Assembly: GCA_963702425.1 (NCBI GenBank)
Contig: CAVPCQ010000031.1
Coordinates: 1-63,432, forward strand
DNA length: 63,432 nucleotides
Reading direction: 5' to 3'
Source: an uncultured Acidobacteriota bacterium
Lineage (GTDB): Bacteria > Acidobacteriota > Polarisedimenticolia > J045
In this document: positions 1 to 13,900 of the stretch, one piece after another
Position numbering within the stretch: the first letter of the stretch is position 1
Layout: each line of letters opens with the position of its first letter
Made by a program: the position numbers and the translations under genes
Notes under the pieces: generated by a model
Seen by the model: only the letters and a program-made list of their open reading frames with translations
Told to the model about the DNA's origin: nothing
The model's database searches: none

Positions 1-595
1 TGCGCCAGCCGCAGCAGCGCGCGCGACACCGCCTTGCGCGCTGCCTCGGCGCTCGGCAGCCCCAGCGCCTCGGCCACCTCGGCGTGACTCATTCCCAGCT
101 CCATCCGCTGCACGAGCGCCTCCCGGTCGCGGGGCGCCAGGTGCGCCAGCGCCGCCTCGTAGCGGTCGAAGGCGTCGTGACCGATCAGCTCCTCGAGCGG
201 CGACGCCTCGTGGCCCGCCAGCTCCGTGTCGAGTTCGCCCCGCTGCGGCACGCGCCGCGTGCGGCGCAGCTCCTCGCGGATCCGGTTGGCGAGAGCCGTG
301 CGCAGGTACGCGGCCAGCGCGCCCTCATGGGCGCCGTCGATGGTGCCGACGTGCCGCAGCGTCCGCACGAGGACCTCCTGCACGACGTCGCCCGTGTCGA
401 CCAGGCTCCGCGCGTAGCGCGGGAGCCGGCCCGCCGCCCAGCGATTGAGGCGCGGCAGCAGGCGGCGGCAGAGCGCGTCGACGGCGCCGTCGTCGCCGCT
501 GCGGGCGCGCGCGAGCAGCATCGCGGTCGTGGCCACACCGGGCGGCGGGTCCGGCGGGGCCCGGCTCACGGCGGCGCGTACGGCGCGTTCGTCGG

Positions 596-599
<4 letters not shown>
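1..599 (-). CDS. ECF sigma factor (Ser/Thr kinase-associated type), runs off window edge
   Basis: Manual translation from ATG at 599 (ATGA overlap with upstream stop): ...LLARARSGDDGAVDALCRRLLPRLNRWAAGRLP...DTGDVVQEVL...YLRTALANRIREELRR...LAPRDREALVQRMELGMSHAEVAEALG...ARKAVSRALLRL; sigma regions 2 and 4. Absent from the ORF track because the frame is open to the edge. Confidence 0.9.
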
Positions 600-3953
<3,354 letters not shown>

Positions 3954-4193
3954 CGCTCCCCCGATGCCGACCGCTTTCCCCTGGACGGAGTACGGCCGCC
4001 GCGGGACTCGCGGCAGGCCCACCGCCGAATTGACCGAAAAACGGGCGGTTCAAACACCGCCGGGCGCGCGATCGCTAATAGTTATTATTTCGGTCCCGGC
4101 GGTGAGCCCGCCCGGCAACCCGATCATCGAGACGGTCGGCCTGTCGACGCGGCCCCGCGAGCGAACGATACACCCCGGCGGGAGAAACGTCTG

Positions 4194-4981
4194 CTACTTC
4201 CCGGCGTCGCTCCCGCCCGTCGCCGTTCCCGCCGCCTCGCGCAGCACCACGGCCCCCAGCCGCCCGTCGGTGCGCCAGAGATCGCCGCCTCCGTTGCGCC
4301 CCTCGAGCTGCTTGTGGAAGCCGTCGATGTAGTACCCCCGCTCGGCCCAGCCCGCCTGCTGCAGCTCACTCATGATCCGGTCGCGTTCCGCGTCCACGTC
4401 GGGCCCGATGTGGTGCGTCACCTGGCCGGTCGCGTGGCTCAGTCCAACTTTCTCGTCGAACGTGGCCGACCCGAAGTAGACGGGCCGGTCGTCCCTGGTC
4501 TGGTCCCAGAGCCAGAAGCGAACGTGGTGCCGCTGGCGTGGGCTGTCGCCGACCGGCTGCTCGAACGCCAGGTCCTGCTTGCGGCCGAAGAGGAAGAGGT
4601 TGCTGACCGGCGCGTCCGGGTCCGGTCGCCGCAGCACCGAGTCCACCGCGATCCGCACGCTGGTGCGGAAGGTGATCGGGTCGGCCGGGTACCATCCGGC
4701 CGCGGTCATCGCGTGGACGACCTGCTCCTCCGTCCCTTCGAGGGCGATGTTGACCGGGTCGCCGGGGTGGTCGTCCCCGGTGACCGTGAGGCGCGCGACC
4801 TCGGAGACGTCGCCGTGGCGGCTGTAGTAGCGCTTCGCGATCCAGGGGATGAGCAGGTACGCGGCGACCGCCCAGACGGCGACCAGGCCGACGAGCAGGC
4901 GGAGGCGGCGGTGGCGGCGGCGTGCTCCGGCGTGCCAGCGGTACCGGCCGCCTTCTGCGGGTCGCGATCGTGAGTGGTCAT
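4194..4981 (-). CDS. LssY C-terminal domain protein (start uncertain, probable frameshift near 4920)
   Basis: GDPVNIAL, GWYPADP, APVSNLFLFGRKQDLAFEQ, RHHVRFW, NGGGD.WRTDG motifs, preceded by one TM helix. Confidence 0.75.
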
Positions 4982-5118
4982 CGCGGCAGAGGATACCGCA
5001 CCGACCGGGCTCCCGGGCCGCGACGTCGCGCCGGCTTTCCGATCGGGAGGTGAGGGTGGATCGCCCTGCGGAGGGTGAGGAGGCAGTCGAGATACCCGGC
5101 TCGGCCGCCCCCCGGAAG

Positions 5119-6479
5119 TCACCGCCTCGAGCGCTCCAGCTTGGCTGCGATCGCTTCGCGCATCGCGTCGGTGAACGGCCGCCGCGCCGGCGTGACACTG
5201 CGGCCGCCGTCGCGCCGAACGCCGCCGCCGCCGCCGTGGTGCGATCGATCATCAGGTTGTCCACGCCTTCATCCAACCAGGCGCGGCAGGCTCCGACATA
5301 GGTGTTGTGGTCCGCTCCAGTCAGGAACAGGACATCGTAGGTGGACGTCGCCCCGGACAGGTCGTTTCCGACGAAGAGGTTGTCCTTCGCGAAGCACGAT
5401 TCTTCGCCCGGGAAGCGGACCCAGAGGCCGGCCGCCCACAGCATCGAGCCCTCGACGCGGTTGCCCGTGTACGTGGCGCCCTGCACGCCGTAGTAGCCGG
5501 TGAGCGCGCCGCAGCACTCGCTGGCGACCACGACGCGATTGCCCGCCACGACCGCGGCGGTGGCCGCGTGCGGCTCGGGCCGGACGTCGAACACGATGAT
5601 CCCGTCGGCGTTCGGGTTGAGAGCGGAGACCTCGTTCCCCGCGATCAGGAGTTCGCCCAGCTCGAACGACCCACCGCCGATCGACCCGGTGCCGATCCCG
5701 TTGCCGTACGGGAACCAGCCGTCGGCGATCTGGACCGGCCCCATGTCGAGGACGTTGTTCAGGACCGACGTCCGCCCCTCGAACTCGAACAGGTGGATCC
5801 CGGCCGTGTTGATGTTGCGGAAGGTGTTGCCCGAGACCTCGAGGCGCGCGCGCCCGGAGTAGAAGTCGATCCCCGCTCCGAAGTCGGTGTCATAGACCGG
5901 GGAAAGCCCGGGCTGCGGGTTCGGCTCGACGAAGTTGTCCCGGACGACGATCTCCCCCGTCAGGCGCGAGGGGTCCGTGCCCCCGTCGAAAGTCCATCCC
6001 TGGATCTCGATCCCCACCGACGTCAGGACCGGGTATCCGTACCAGTCGCAGGCCGGCCTGACCTTCACGATCTCACACCCCTCGATCAGCGCCCCGGTCG
6101 TGCGCCGGATGTCGATTGCCCGGCCGATCGCGTCCTCGAACCGGATCCCCCGGACGACCAGCGACGCGGCGGCCTCGAAGTAGAGCGGCGGCTGCCCGCC
6201 GACGATGGTCGCGCCCGGTTTCCCGTCCGCCCGCGGCTCGCCGATCAGCGTCAGGTCCCGCGCGGCGACGATGCTGTCGTCGTCACTCAGCAGGAAGGTC
6301 CCGCGCAGCACGATCGTCCCGCCGCGATCGACGGCGTTCTGGAGCCGTACGACGTCGCTCGCCGGGTTGCCGGATCCGACGAGCAGTTGGGCCGTGCCTT
6401 TCATCGGTCCAGCCGACGCCACGGCGACGCCCGCCAGCAGGAGAACTGCCACCGGGGCCCACCTTCCGAAGCTCCTCAT
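5119..6479 (-). CDS. Secreted right-handed parallel beta-helix repeat protein (probable frameshift near 5200)
   Basis: Signal peptide MRSFGRWAPVAVLLLAGVAVASA; LQNAVDRGGTIVLRGTF opening motif; repeated (I/V)xxNxV/F strands. A plausible C-terminus (PFTDAMREAIAAKLERSRR*) lies in another frame, stop at 5119. Confidence 0.7.
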
Positions 6480-6742
6480 GGTCCACCCCCTTCCGGACGA
6501 CCCCGAACGCGAGGCCTCCTTCGCAGGGGATGTCGCGCGACAAGGCGAAAACTGAACACGCGGGGCGCGTAAATCCGAATCCCTGCGGCGACGGTGTTCG
6601 CTCGGCCCCGCGCGAACGACTTCCTCGATGGAGGGCTTCGTCGTGGACCGACCACCCAAAACGGCCGCCGGCCGTCCGCCGTGTGCGCGCGATCCGCTAT
6701 CATGGTGGCGTCCTGGGAGCGGTGGGGCCGAGGGGGGCCTCG

Positions 6743-7348
6743 ATGGGGGAACGCCGGCATCCGGACGTCCCTTCGTCCGGCGACGACTCGTCGGTGGCGC
6801 TGCTGCATCGCGCGCAGGCCGGCGACGCCGAGGCTCGCGAGCGACTCTACCGGCGGCTGCTCCCGATCATGCGCCGCTGGGCCCGCGGCCAGGTCCCCGA
6901 GAAGGCGCGCGCCGCCCTGGACTCCGACGACCTGGTCCAGGCCACGCTGACCGAGACGCTCGCCCAGGTCCAGGCCTTCGAGCCGCGCCGCGATCACGGG
7001 TTGCACCTGTACCTGCGGGAGGCGCTGCGCAACCAGATTCGCGACGAGCTGCGCCGCATCTACCGCAGCCCCGAGCAGGCCGCGGAGCTGAGCGACAGCC
7101 TGCCGGACGACGCGCCCTCGCCCTTCGAGCGCGCGGCCGGCGACGAGGCCCGCGCGCGCTACGAGAAGGCGCTGGAGGACCTGCCGGAGGACGAGCGGAC
7201 GATGGTCGTCTCCCGGGTGGAGTTCGGACTCTCGTGGCGCGACATCGCGGAGCTGTCCGGCAGACCCTCCGCGGACGCTGCGCGCATGGCCGTCAGCCGG
7301 GCGCTGGTGCACCTCGCCCACGTCATGGGCGGCGATGAGCGGCGCTGA
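6743..7348 (+). CDS. ECF sigma factor (Ser/Thr kinase-associated type)
   Basis: LLHRAQAGDAEARERLYRR...DSDDLVQATL...YLREALRNQIRDELRR...GLSWRDIAELSG...ARMAVSRAL; overlaps the start of the kinase gene. Confidence 0.92.
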   Translation: MGERRHPDVPSSGDDSSVALLHRAQAGDAEARERLYRRLLPIMRRWARGQVPEKARAALDSDDLVQATLTETLAQVQAFEPRRDHGLHLYLREALRNQIRDELRRIYRSPEQAAELSDSLPDDAPSPFERAAGDEARARYEKALEDLPEDERTMVVSRVEFGLSWRDIAELSGRPSADAARMAVSRALVHLAHVMGGDERR

Positions 7349-10300
7349 CCGGCGGCTGCTGGAGCTGGCCGCCCGGGTCGCGGACGGCGCGGCGATCGAC
7401 TGGGACAGCGAGCAGGGACCGGCGACGTCGGACGAAGACGCCCGCGTCCTGCGCGGCCTGCGGATGCTGGAGACGTTGGTGGAACCGGCGGTTCCTCCCG
7501 CCGCGAGCGGAACGGGCGCCGCGGGCGACGCGAGCGCCACGGGCATGGCGACACAGGCCGCACGGCCTCCTTCGTCTGATCCCGCCGCTCTCCCCGCCCG
7601 GCGCCTCGGCGACTTCGAGCTGGTGCGGGAGATCGGCCGCGGTGGGATGGGCGTGGTCTACGAGGCGCGGCAGAGCTCGCTGCAGCGCCGCGTCGCGCTG
7701 AAGGTGCTGCCGCCGGGTCTCGGCCTCTCCCGCGAGGGGCTGGCGCGTTTCGAGCGCGAGGCCCGTGCTGCGGCCGCACTGCACCACACCAACATCGTCC
7801 CGGTCTATGCGATCGGCGAGGACCAGGGGTTCCACTTCTATGCGATGGAATTGATCGAAGGGGCGTCGCTGTCGCGCATCCTCGAGGAGGTGAGCGGGCC
7901 ACGCCCGGCCGACTCGACGCGGGCGCTGCTGGCGACGGTCGGAGTCGAGGCGTTGCCGGCCCCCGCGACCGACTCGACCGCCGACGCAGCGGCCAGCCTC
8001 TCGACGAGCGACACTACGGGACGGCGCTGGTTCGACACCGTCGCGCGCCTGCTGGCCGACGTCGCGGACGCGCTGCACCACGCCCACGCCCGCGGAATCG
8101 TCCACCGCGACGTCAAGCCCGCCAACCTGCTGCTGGCGAAGGACGGCCGGCTCTGCCTGACCGACTTCGGCCTGGCCCGCGTCACCGAGGAGCCGCGGCT
8201 GACCGTCAGCGGCGCCTTCCTCGGCACGCCGGCCTACATGTCGCCCGAGCAGATCGCCTCGGGGAAGGTGCCGCTCGACCACCGGACCGACATCTACTCG
8301 CTGGGCGCCGTGCTCTACGAGATGCTGACGCTGCAGCGCCCGTTCCCGGGCGATTCCCGCGAGCAGGTGATCGCCGGGATCCTGACGACCGAGCCGCGAC
8401 GGCCGCGGAAGATCAACCGCCGGATCCCGGCCGATCTCGAGACGATCTGCGCCAAGGCAATGGAGAAGGGTCCGGCGCGGCGCTACCAGAGCGCGGCCAC
8501 GCTGGCCGACGACCTGCGGAGCTACCTGCACCACGGGCTGATCGCCGCGAAGCGCGCCGGCCCGCTGCGGCGGCTCGCGAAGTGGACGCGGCGCCACCCG
8601 GTGGCGACGACGGTGGTGACGGCGGCGGTGGTCGTCGCAGCGCTCGGCGCGTGGGGCCTTCGCGCACGGAGCGCGAGCCGCGAGGCCGGGGCCGCGCAGG
8701 CGCTGTCGGAGGCGCAGTTCCTCGCGGCGCAGGGCTCGTCGCTCGAGGCGCTGCGGCGGGTCGACGCCGCGCTGGCCGCCGCCCCGGCGCTGACGGAAGC
8801 GGGCCTGCTCCGTGCGCGCCTGCTGATCGAGGCTCACCGGCCGGAGGAAGCGCTGGCCGACGCCGACCGGCTGCTGGCACGCGACGCCAACGACTGGGCG
8901 GCGCACCTGATCAAGGCGGTGGCGCTGCGCGGGAGGGGCGGTGTCGAAGCCCAGGCTGGCCGGTCGATCGCCGAGCACCTCGCCGTGGTCGAGGCGCGGG
9001 CTCCGGAGACCGCCGACGCTTTCTACCTGCGCGCACTGGCCGAGACGGATCACCTTCGGGCGCTCGAGCTGCTCGACCGCGCGCTCGACCTCGACCCGGC
9101 GCAGGGGGATGCGCTGGCGAGCCGGATCCGCCACCGGATCGCGCTCAAGCAGTACGCCGCCGCGGCGCTCGACGCGGAGCGGCTCAAGGTGGCGCGGCCG
9201 CGCTCCAGCGCCGGCCGCCGGATGCTCGCGCAGGTGTACCTCGACCGCCTCGACTGCCCGGCCGCGCTCGTCGAGATCGAGACCGCGATCGCCCGCGAGC
9301 CGGGCGAGGCAGAGAACTGGTGGATGCGGGGCGAGATCCTGTTGCGCCGCCACGGGGACCGGGCTCAGATCCTCGCGGCCTATGCCCGGGCGGTCGAACT
9401 GAGGCCCGACAGCGCCCTCTTCCACGTGGGCAAGGGACGCGCCCACGCCGCCCACGGCGAGCACGACGCCGCGCTCGCGGAGTACGAGGCCGCCCTCCGG
9501 CTGGACCCTGCGCACCTCGAGGCAAGCGACGGGCGGATCAATGAGCTGCGGGCCCTCGCGCGCGTCGACGAGGCGCGCCGGACGGCGCTCGACCTCGTGG
9601 ACCGTACCGCCGCGTGGAGCGATCCGCGCGATCGGGCCCGCGCGGTCCGCGTCGCGGTGCGCGGGCTCGTCCGGCTCGGCGACCCGGCCGCGGCGCGGCC
9701 GCTCGCGGACCAGGCGGTCGCGCTCGATCCAGCGAGCTTCGACGGCTTCGTGGCACGGGCACAGGTCCGCATGGACCTCGGCGACGCCGACGGCGCCCTT
9801 GCCGACTGCGCGGCCGCCGCCCAGCGCCCGGTCGCGGGGATCGACGAACTCGTGGATCGCCTCATCGGGCTCATCGACCAGTGCGGGCGCGCCGATCTCG
9901 CAATGGCTGACGCCGAGCGGCTGGTGAAAGAGGTACCCGAATGGCCGACGGCCTGGGAGGCGTCCACCCTGGTCTTCCTCGCGCTCGGTCGCGCCGACGA
10001 GGCGATTGCGCGGGCCCGTCGCGCCGTGGAACTTGCGCCGCACGACTACAGCGTGCGCAATACCCTGGCCGCCACCCTGGGAGGGAAGTACCAGTGGGAG
10101 GAAGCGGCTGCCGAGCAGGGCCGGGCGCTCGAGATCTACCCTCGGGCCGTCTGGTCGCGATTCAACCGCGGGGGGTTCGCGTATCGCTACCTGGGACGCG
10201 TCGAGGAGGGGCTGGCCGACCTCGATCGAGCCGACACCCTGTCCCCGGGAGACGAGTACATCGGTTGGGCGCGGTCGATCCTCCTCGCGCACCTCGGGCG

Positions 10301-10783
10301 CTGCGAGGAGGCCGACGCGGTCTGGCGGGGAATGGCAGCGCGGGGACTGTACAGCTCGACGAACTTCGAGGACCGGGCCCAGGTCTACGCGATCAGTTTC
10401 TGGCCGCGCTGCCGGTCGCTCGTCGATCTGGCCCGCGTCGTGGAGGACGGCCGAGAGGCGGTGGCGCGGGCCAGCGCGTCACGCATGGGAACCGCCCAAC
10501 TCGCGCTCGGTGCCGATCTCTACCGGTACGGAGCTTCGCAGAGTCGTTCACGGGCTGGGTAAGAGGATAGCTCACTCGCGTCCTCCTGCGTCAGAACTCG
10601 ATCGAGGACAACCAGGACGAGAACGCGGGGCGCTACCTGCTGGCGATGGCCGCGGCGCGCCTCGGCCGGATCGATGACGCCCGGGAGGAGTTTGCGCGCG
10701 CTCTCGAACGCGACCGCGTGACGCACCGCGAGAAGGACCCCGACCTGGTCGCACTGCGGCGCGAGGCCGGGGAGCTGCTCTGA
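7335..10783 (+). CDS. Ser/Thr protein kinase with TM segment and TPR repeats; frame disrupted at ~10530-10580
   Basis: GRGGMG, VALK, HRDVKPAN, DFG, GTPAYMSPE; TM VATTVVTAAVVVAALGAWGL; TPRs. The ORF stops at 10562, but a TPR tail (RYLLAMAAARLGRIDDAREEFARAL...DPDLVALRREAGELL*) continues in another frame to 10783 and matches the paralog's tail. Confidence 0.88.
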
Positions 10784-10984
10784 CGACTGCCGGGGCGTGA
10801 GCGCCGCCACCCGATGCTCGGATAGGAGTTACACGGAACCACTGTCGGTGCATGCGAACAGGCCGCGGCCCCGCTTGCATGCCCCGGGCCAGCGCGGTAT
10901 CCCAAGCGTCGAGCTAGCTCCGGCAACCGGATTCGAGCGGCGCCGCGGCCCGTTTCCCGCCCGGTCCGAACGCGGAGGTCGGCC

Positions 10985-13900
10985 ATGGCGAGCGGTGCTG
11001 TAGTTCTCTCGGTTGCGTTCCGATGGACCCGCGAGCGAGCGTTCGCAAGACTCGCCGCGGTCGTCGCTCTCGTCGCTCCCGCTGCATTCCCGGGCTCCGT
11101 AGCGCACGCGCCGGCCGGCTCACTGCCGGGCGACGACTGGTGGAGCCGCGCCGCAGCAGCCGCCGCGAGCGAGGAGTACGCGGTCACCTGGCAGAACGAC
11201 ACGGCGCTCGGCGATCCCGGCGGCGCCTGGCAGGCGCCGAACCGCGCGCAGGGATTCCGCACCGTCTTCTCGGCCCGCGGCATCCTCGTCGTGCCGCGTT
11301 CCGGCACGGCATCGCCGTGGCGCTGGGGCCTCGCGCTCGCCGGCCATGGGCGGGGCGCGCGCATCGACCCGGTGCCCGCGGCGGTGCTGCGTGCGCACGG
11401 CAACCGGATCGACCTCGATCGCGGGCCGATCGTCGAGTGGTATCTCAACGACGCGCGCGGGCTCGAGCAGGGGTTCACCCTCGCCGCGCCGCCCCCGGGC
11501 GACGATCGGCGCGAGGAGCTCGTGCTCGTGCTCGAACTCGAAGGGACCCTCTCGCCGAGCGTTGCCGCCGACGGCCAGGCGATCGAGTTCCGCGGCGCCG
11601 GCGGCCCGCCGCGCCTGCGCTACGCGGCGCTCGCGGCGCACGATGCGCGCGGTCGGCTGCTTCCGGCGCGCATGGCGACGACGGCGGCCACGACCGCGAC
11701 CGGCGACCGCCCCGCGATCCTGCTGCTCATCGACGATCGCGACGCGGTCTACCCGCTGACGATCGACCCGCTCGCGACCAGCCCGTCGTGGAACGCCGAG
11801 AGCAACCAGGCCTCGGCCCGCTTCGGGGCGGCGCTCGCGACGGCCGGCGACGTCAACGGCGACGGCTTCTCGGACGTGATCGTCGGCGCGCCGCTCTACG
11901 ACAACGGCCAGGCCGACGAGGGGCGGGTCTTCGTCTACCACGGCTCCGCCTCCGGCCTCTCGACCGTCGCGAGCTGGACGGCCGAGGGCGAGCAGGTCGG
12001 GGCGCGCTTCGGCGCAGCGGTCGCCACGGCCGGCGACGTGAACGGCGACGGTTACTCCGACGTGATCGTCGGGGCGCCGTTGATCGACAACGGGCAGGCC
12101 GATGAGGGACGTGCGGTCGTCTACCACGGCGGCGTCGGCGGGCTCGCCCTGGCGCCCGCCTGGGTGGCCGAGTCCAACCAGGTGGGCGCGCAGTTCGGCT
12201 TCTCGGTCTTCACGGCGGCCGACGTCAACGGCGACGGCTTCGACGATGTCGTCGTCGGTGCGCCGCTCTTCGACGACCCGGAGATCGACGAGGGCGCGGC
12301 CTTCGTTTACCACGGCTCGGCCGCCGGCCTGTCGCTGGGCTTCAGCGCCCTGCTCGAGCGGAACCAGGCCGGAGCGCAGGTTGGATACGCCGTCGCGATG
12401 GGTGGGGACATCACCGGCGACGGCTACGGCGACCTGCTCGTCGGGGCGCCGTACTACGACTACAACTACACCGACGAGGGATCGGTCTGGGTCTATCGCG
12501 GCTCCGCGTCGGGGCTGGACATCTGGAGCCCGCGCGGCTTCATCGGCGGTCAGGCCGGCGGGCACATGGGCTCGGCGGTCGCTCCGGCGGGTGATCGCGA
12601 CGGCGACGGGTTCGCGGAGGCGCTGTACGGCGCGCCGCAGTGGGACGAGCCGGAGATCGACGAGGGAATGGTCGGGACGATCAACGGCGACTCGACCGGC
12701 GGCCACTGGGGTGCGCAGGAATGGTTCGCGGACCAGGCCGGCGCCGAGCTGGGCACCGCAGTCTCGACCGCCGGCGACGTCAACGGCGACGGCTTCCCGG
12801 ACTTCCTGCTCGCCGCCCCGAAATACGACGGCGGTCAGACGGACGAGGGGAAGGTGATCCTGATCTACGGCTCCCACCCCGGGATCGTGCAGTGGTCGCT
12901 CGAAGGGGACCAGGCGAACGCGCACCTGGGCCAGGCCGTGGCGCTCGCGGGGGACGTCGACGGCGACGGCCTGTCCGACATCCTGGTCGGCGCCCCGGAC
13001 CACGACAACGGGCAGACCGACGAGGGGCGCGCTCTGCTCTATCGCGGCGGCACCGACGCGCTCGTCGACCCGGTGACGACGCGCGAGGCGGACCTGGGGA
13101 CGGCGCAGTTCGCGGCCGCGCTGGCGATGGTCGGCGACGTCGACGGCGACGGATACGGCGACCTGCTGGTCGGCGCTCCGTACTACGACGGCGGGCAGAC
13201 CGACGAGGGGCGCGCGCTGCTCTATCGCGGCGGACCCGGCGGGCTCGAGGCGACCGCGAGCTGGACCGTCGAGTCGAACCAGGCCAACGCCCGCTTCGGC
13301 CAGGCGGTCGGCGGCGCGGGGGACGTCAACGGCGACGGCTTCACCGACCTGGTCGTCGGCGCACCGGCCTACGACAACGGGCAGACCGACGAGGGACGCG
13401 CCTTCGTCTACCACGGGTCGGCGAGCGGTCCCGCGGGCTCCGCGGCCTTCACGTTCGAGTGCAACCAGGCCTCGGCCCAGTGCGGCCATGCCGTGGCCGG
13501 CGCGGGGGACGTCAACGGCGACGGCTTCGCGGACGTGATCGTCGGCGCCCCCTACTACGACGGTGGCCAGACCGACGAGGGTCGGGCCCACGTCTTCCAC
13601 GGCTCGGCGACGGGACTCGCGGCCACGGCGGCGTGGACGGTCGAGAGCAACCAGGCCACCGCGCGCTACGGCTGGTCGGTCGCGAGCGCGGGCGACGTCA
13701 ACCGGGACGGGTTCTCCGACGTGGCCGTCGCGGCGCCGTACTACGACAACGGCCAAACCGACGAGGGCCGCGCCTTCGTCTACCACGGCTCGGCCTCCGG
13801 CCTGGCGACGACGGCGAATTGGACCGCCGAGGGGAACCAGGTCGAAGTGTCGCCGGCGCCCGCGTTCGGCTACGCGGTGGCCGGTGCGGGGGACGTCAAC

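Noticed and set aside
4194-6659. 821-aa beta-helix/LssY fusion ORF
   Set aside because: The linker (about 4920-5200) is non-protein-like. A better C-terminus with a stop at 5119 and a better start at 4981 exist in other frames, so this is two genes joined by indels
10845-10860. ECF-type promoter (GGAACC...) upstream of the FG-GAP gene
   Set aside because: No convincing -10 element; cannot be supported from a single instance
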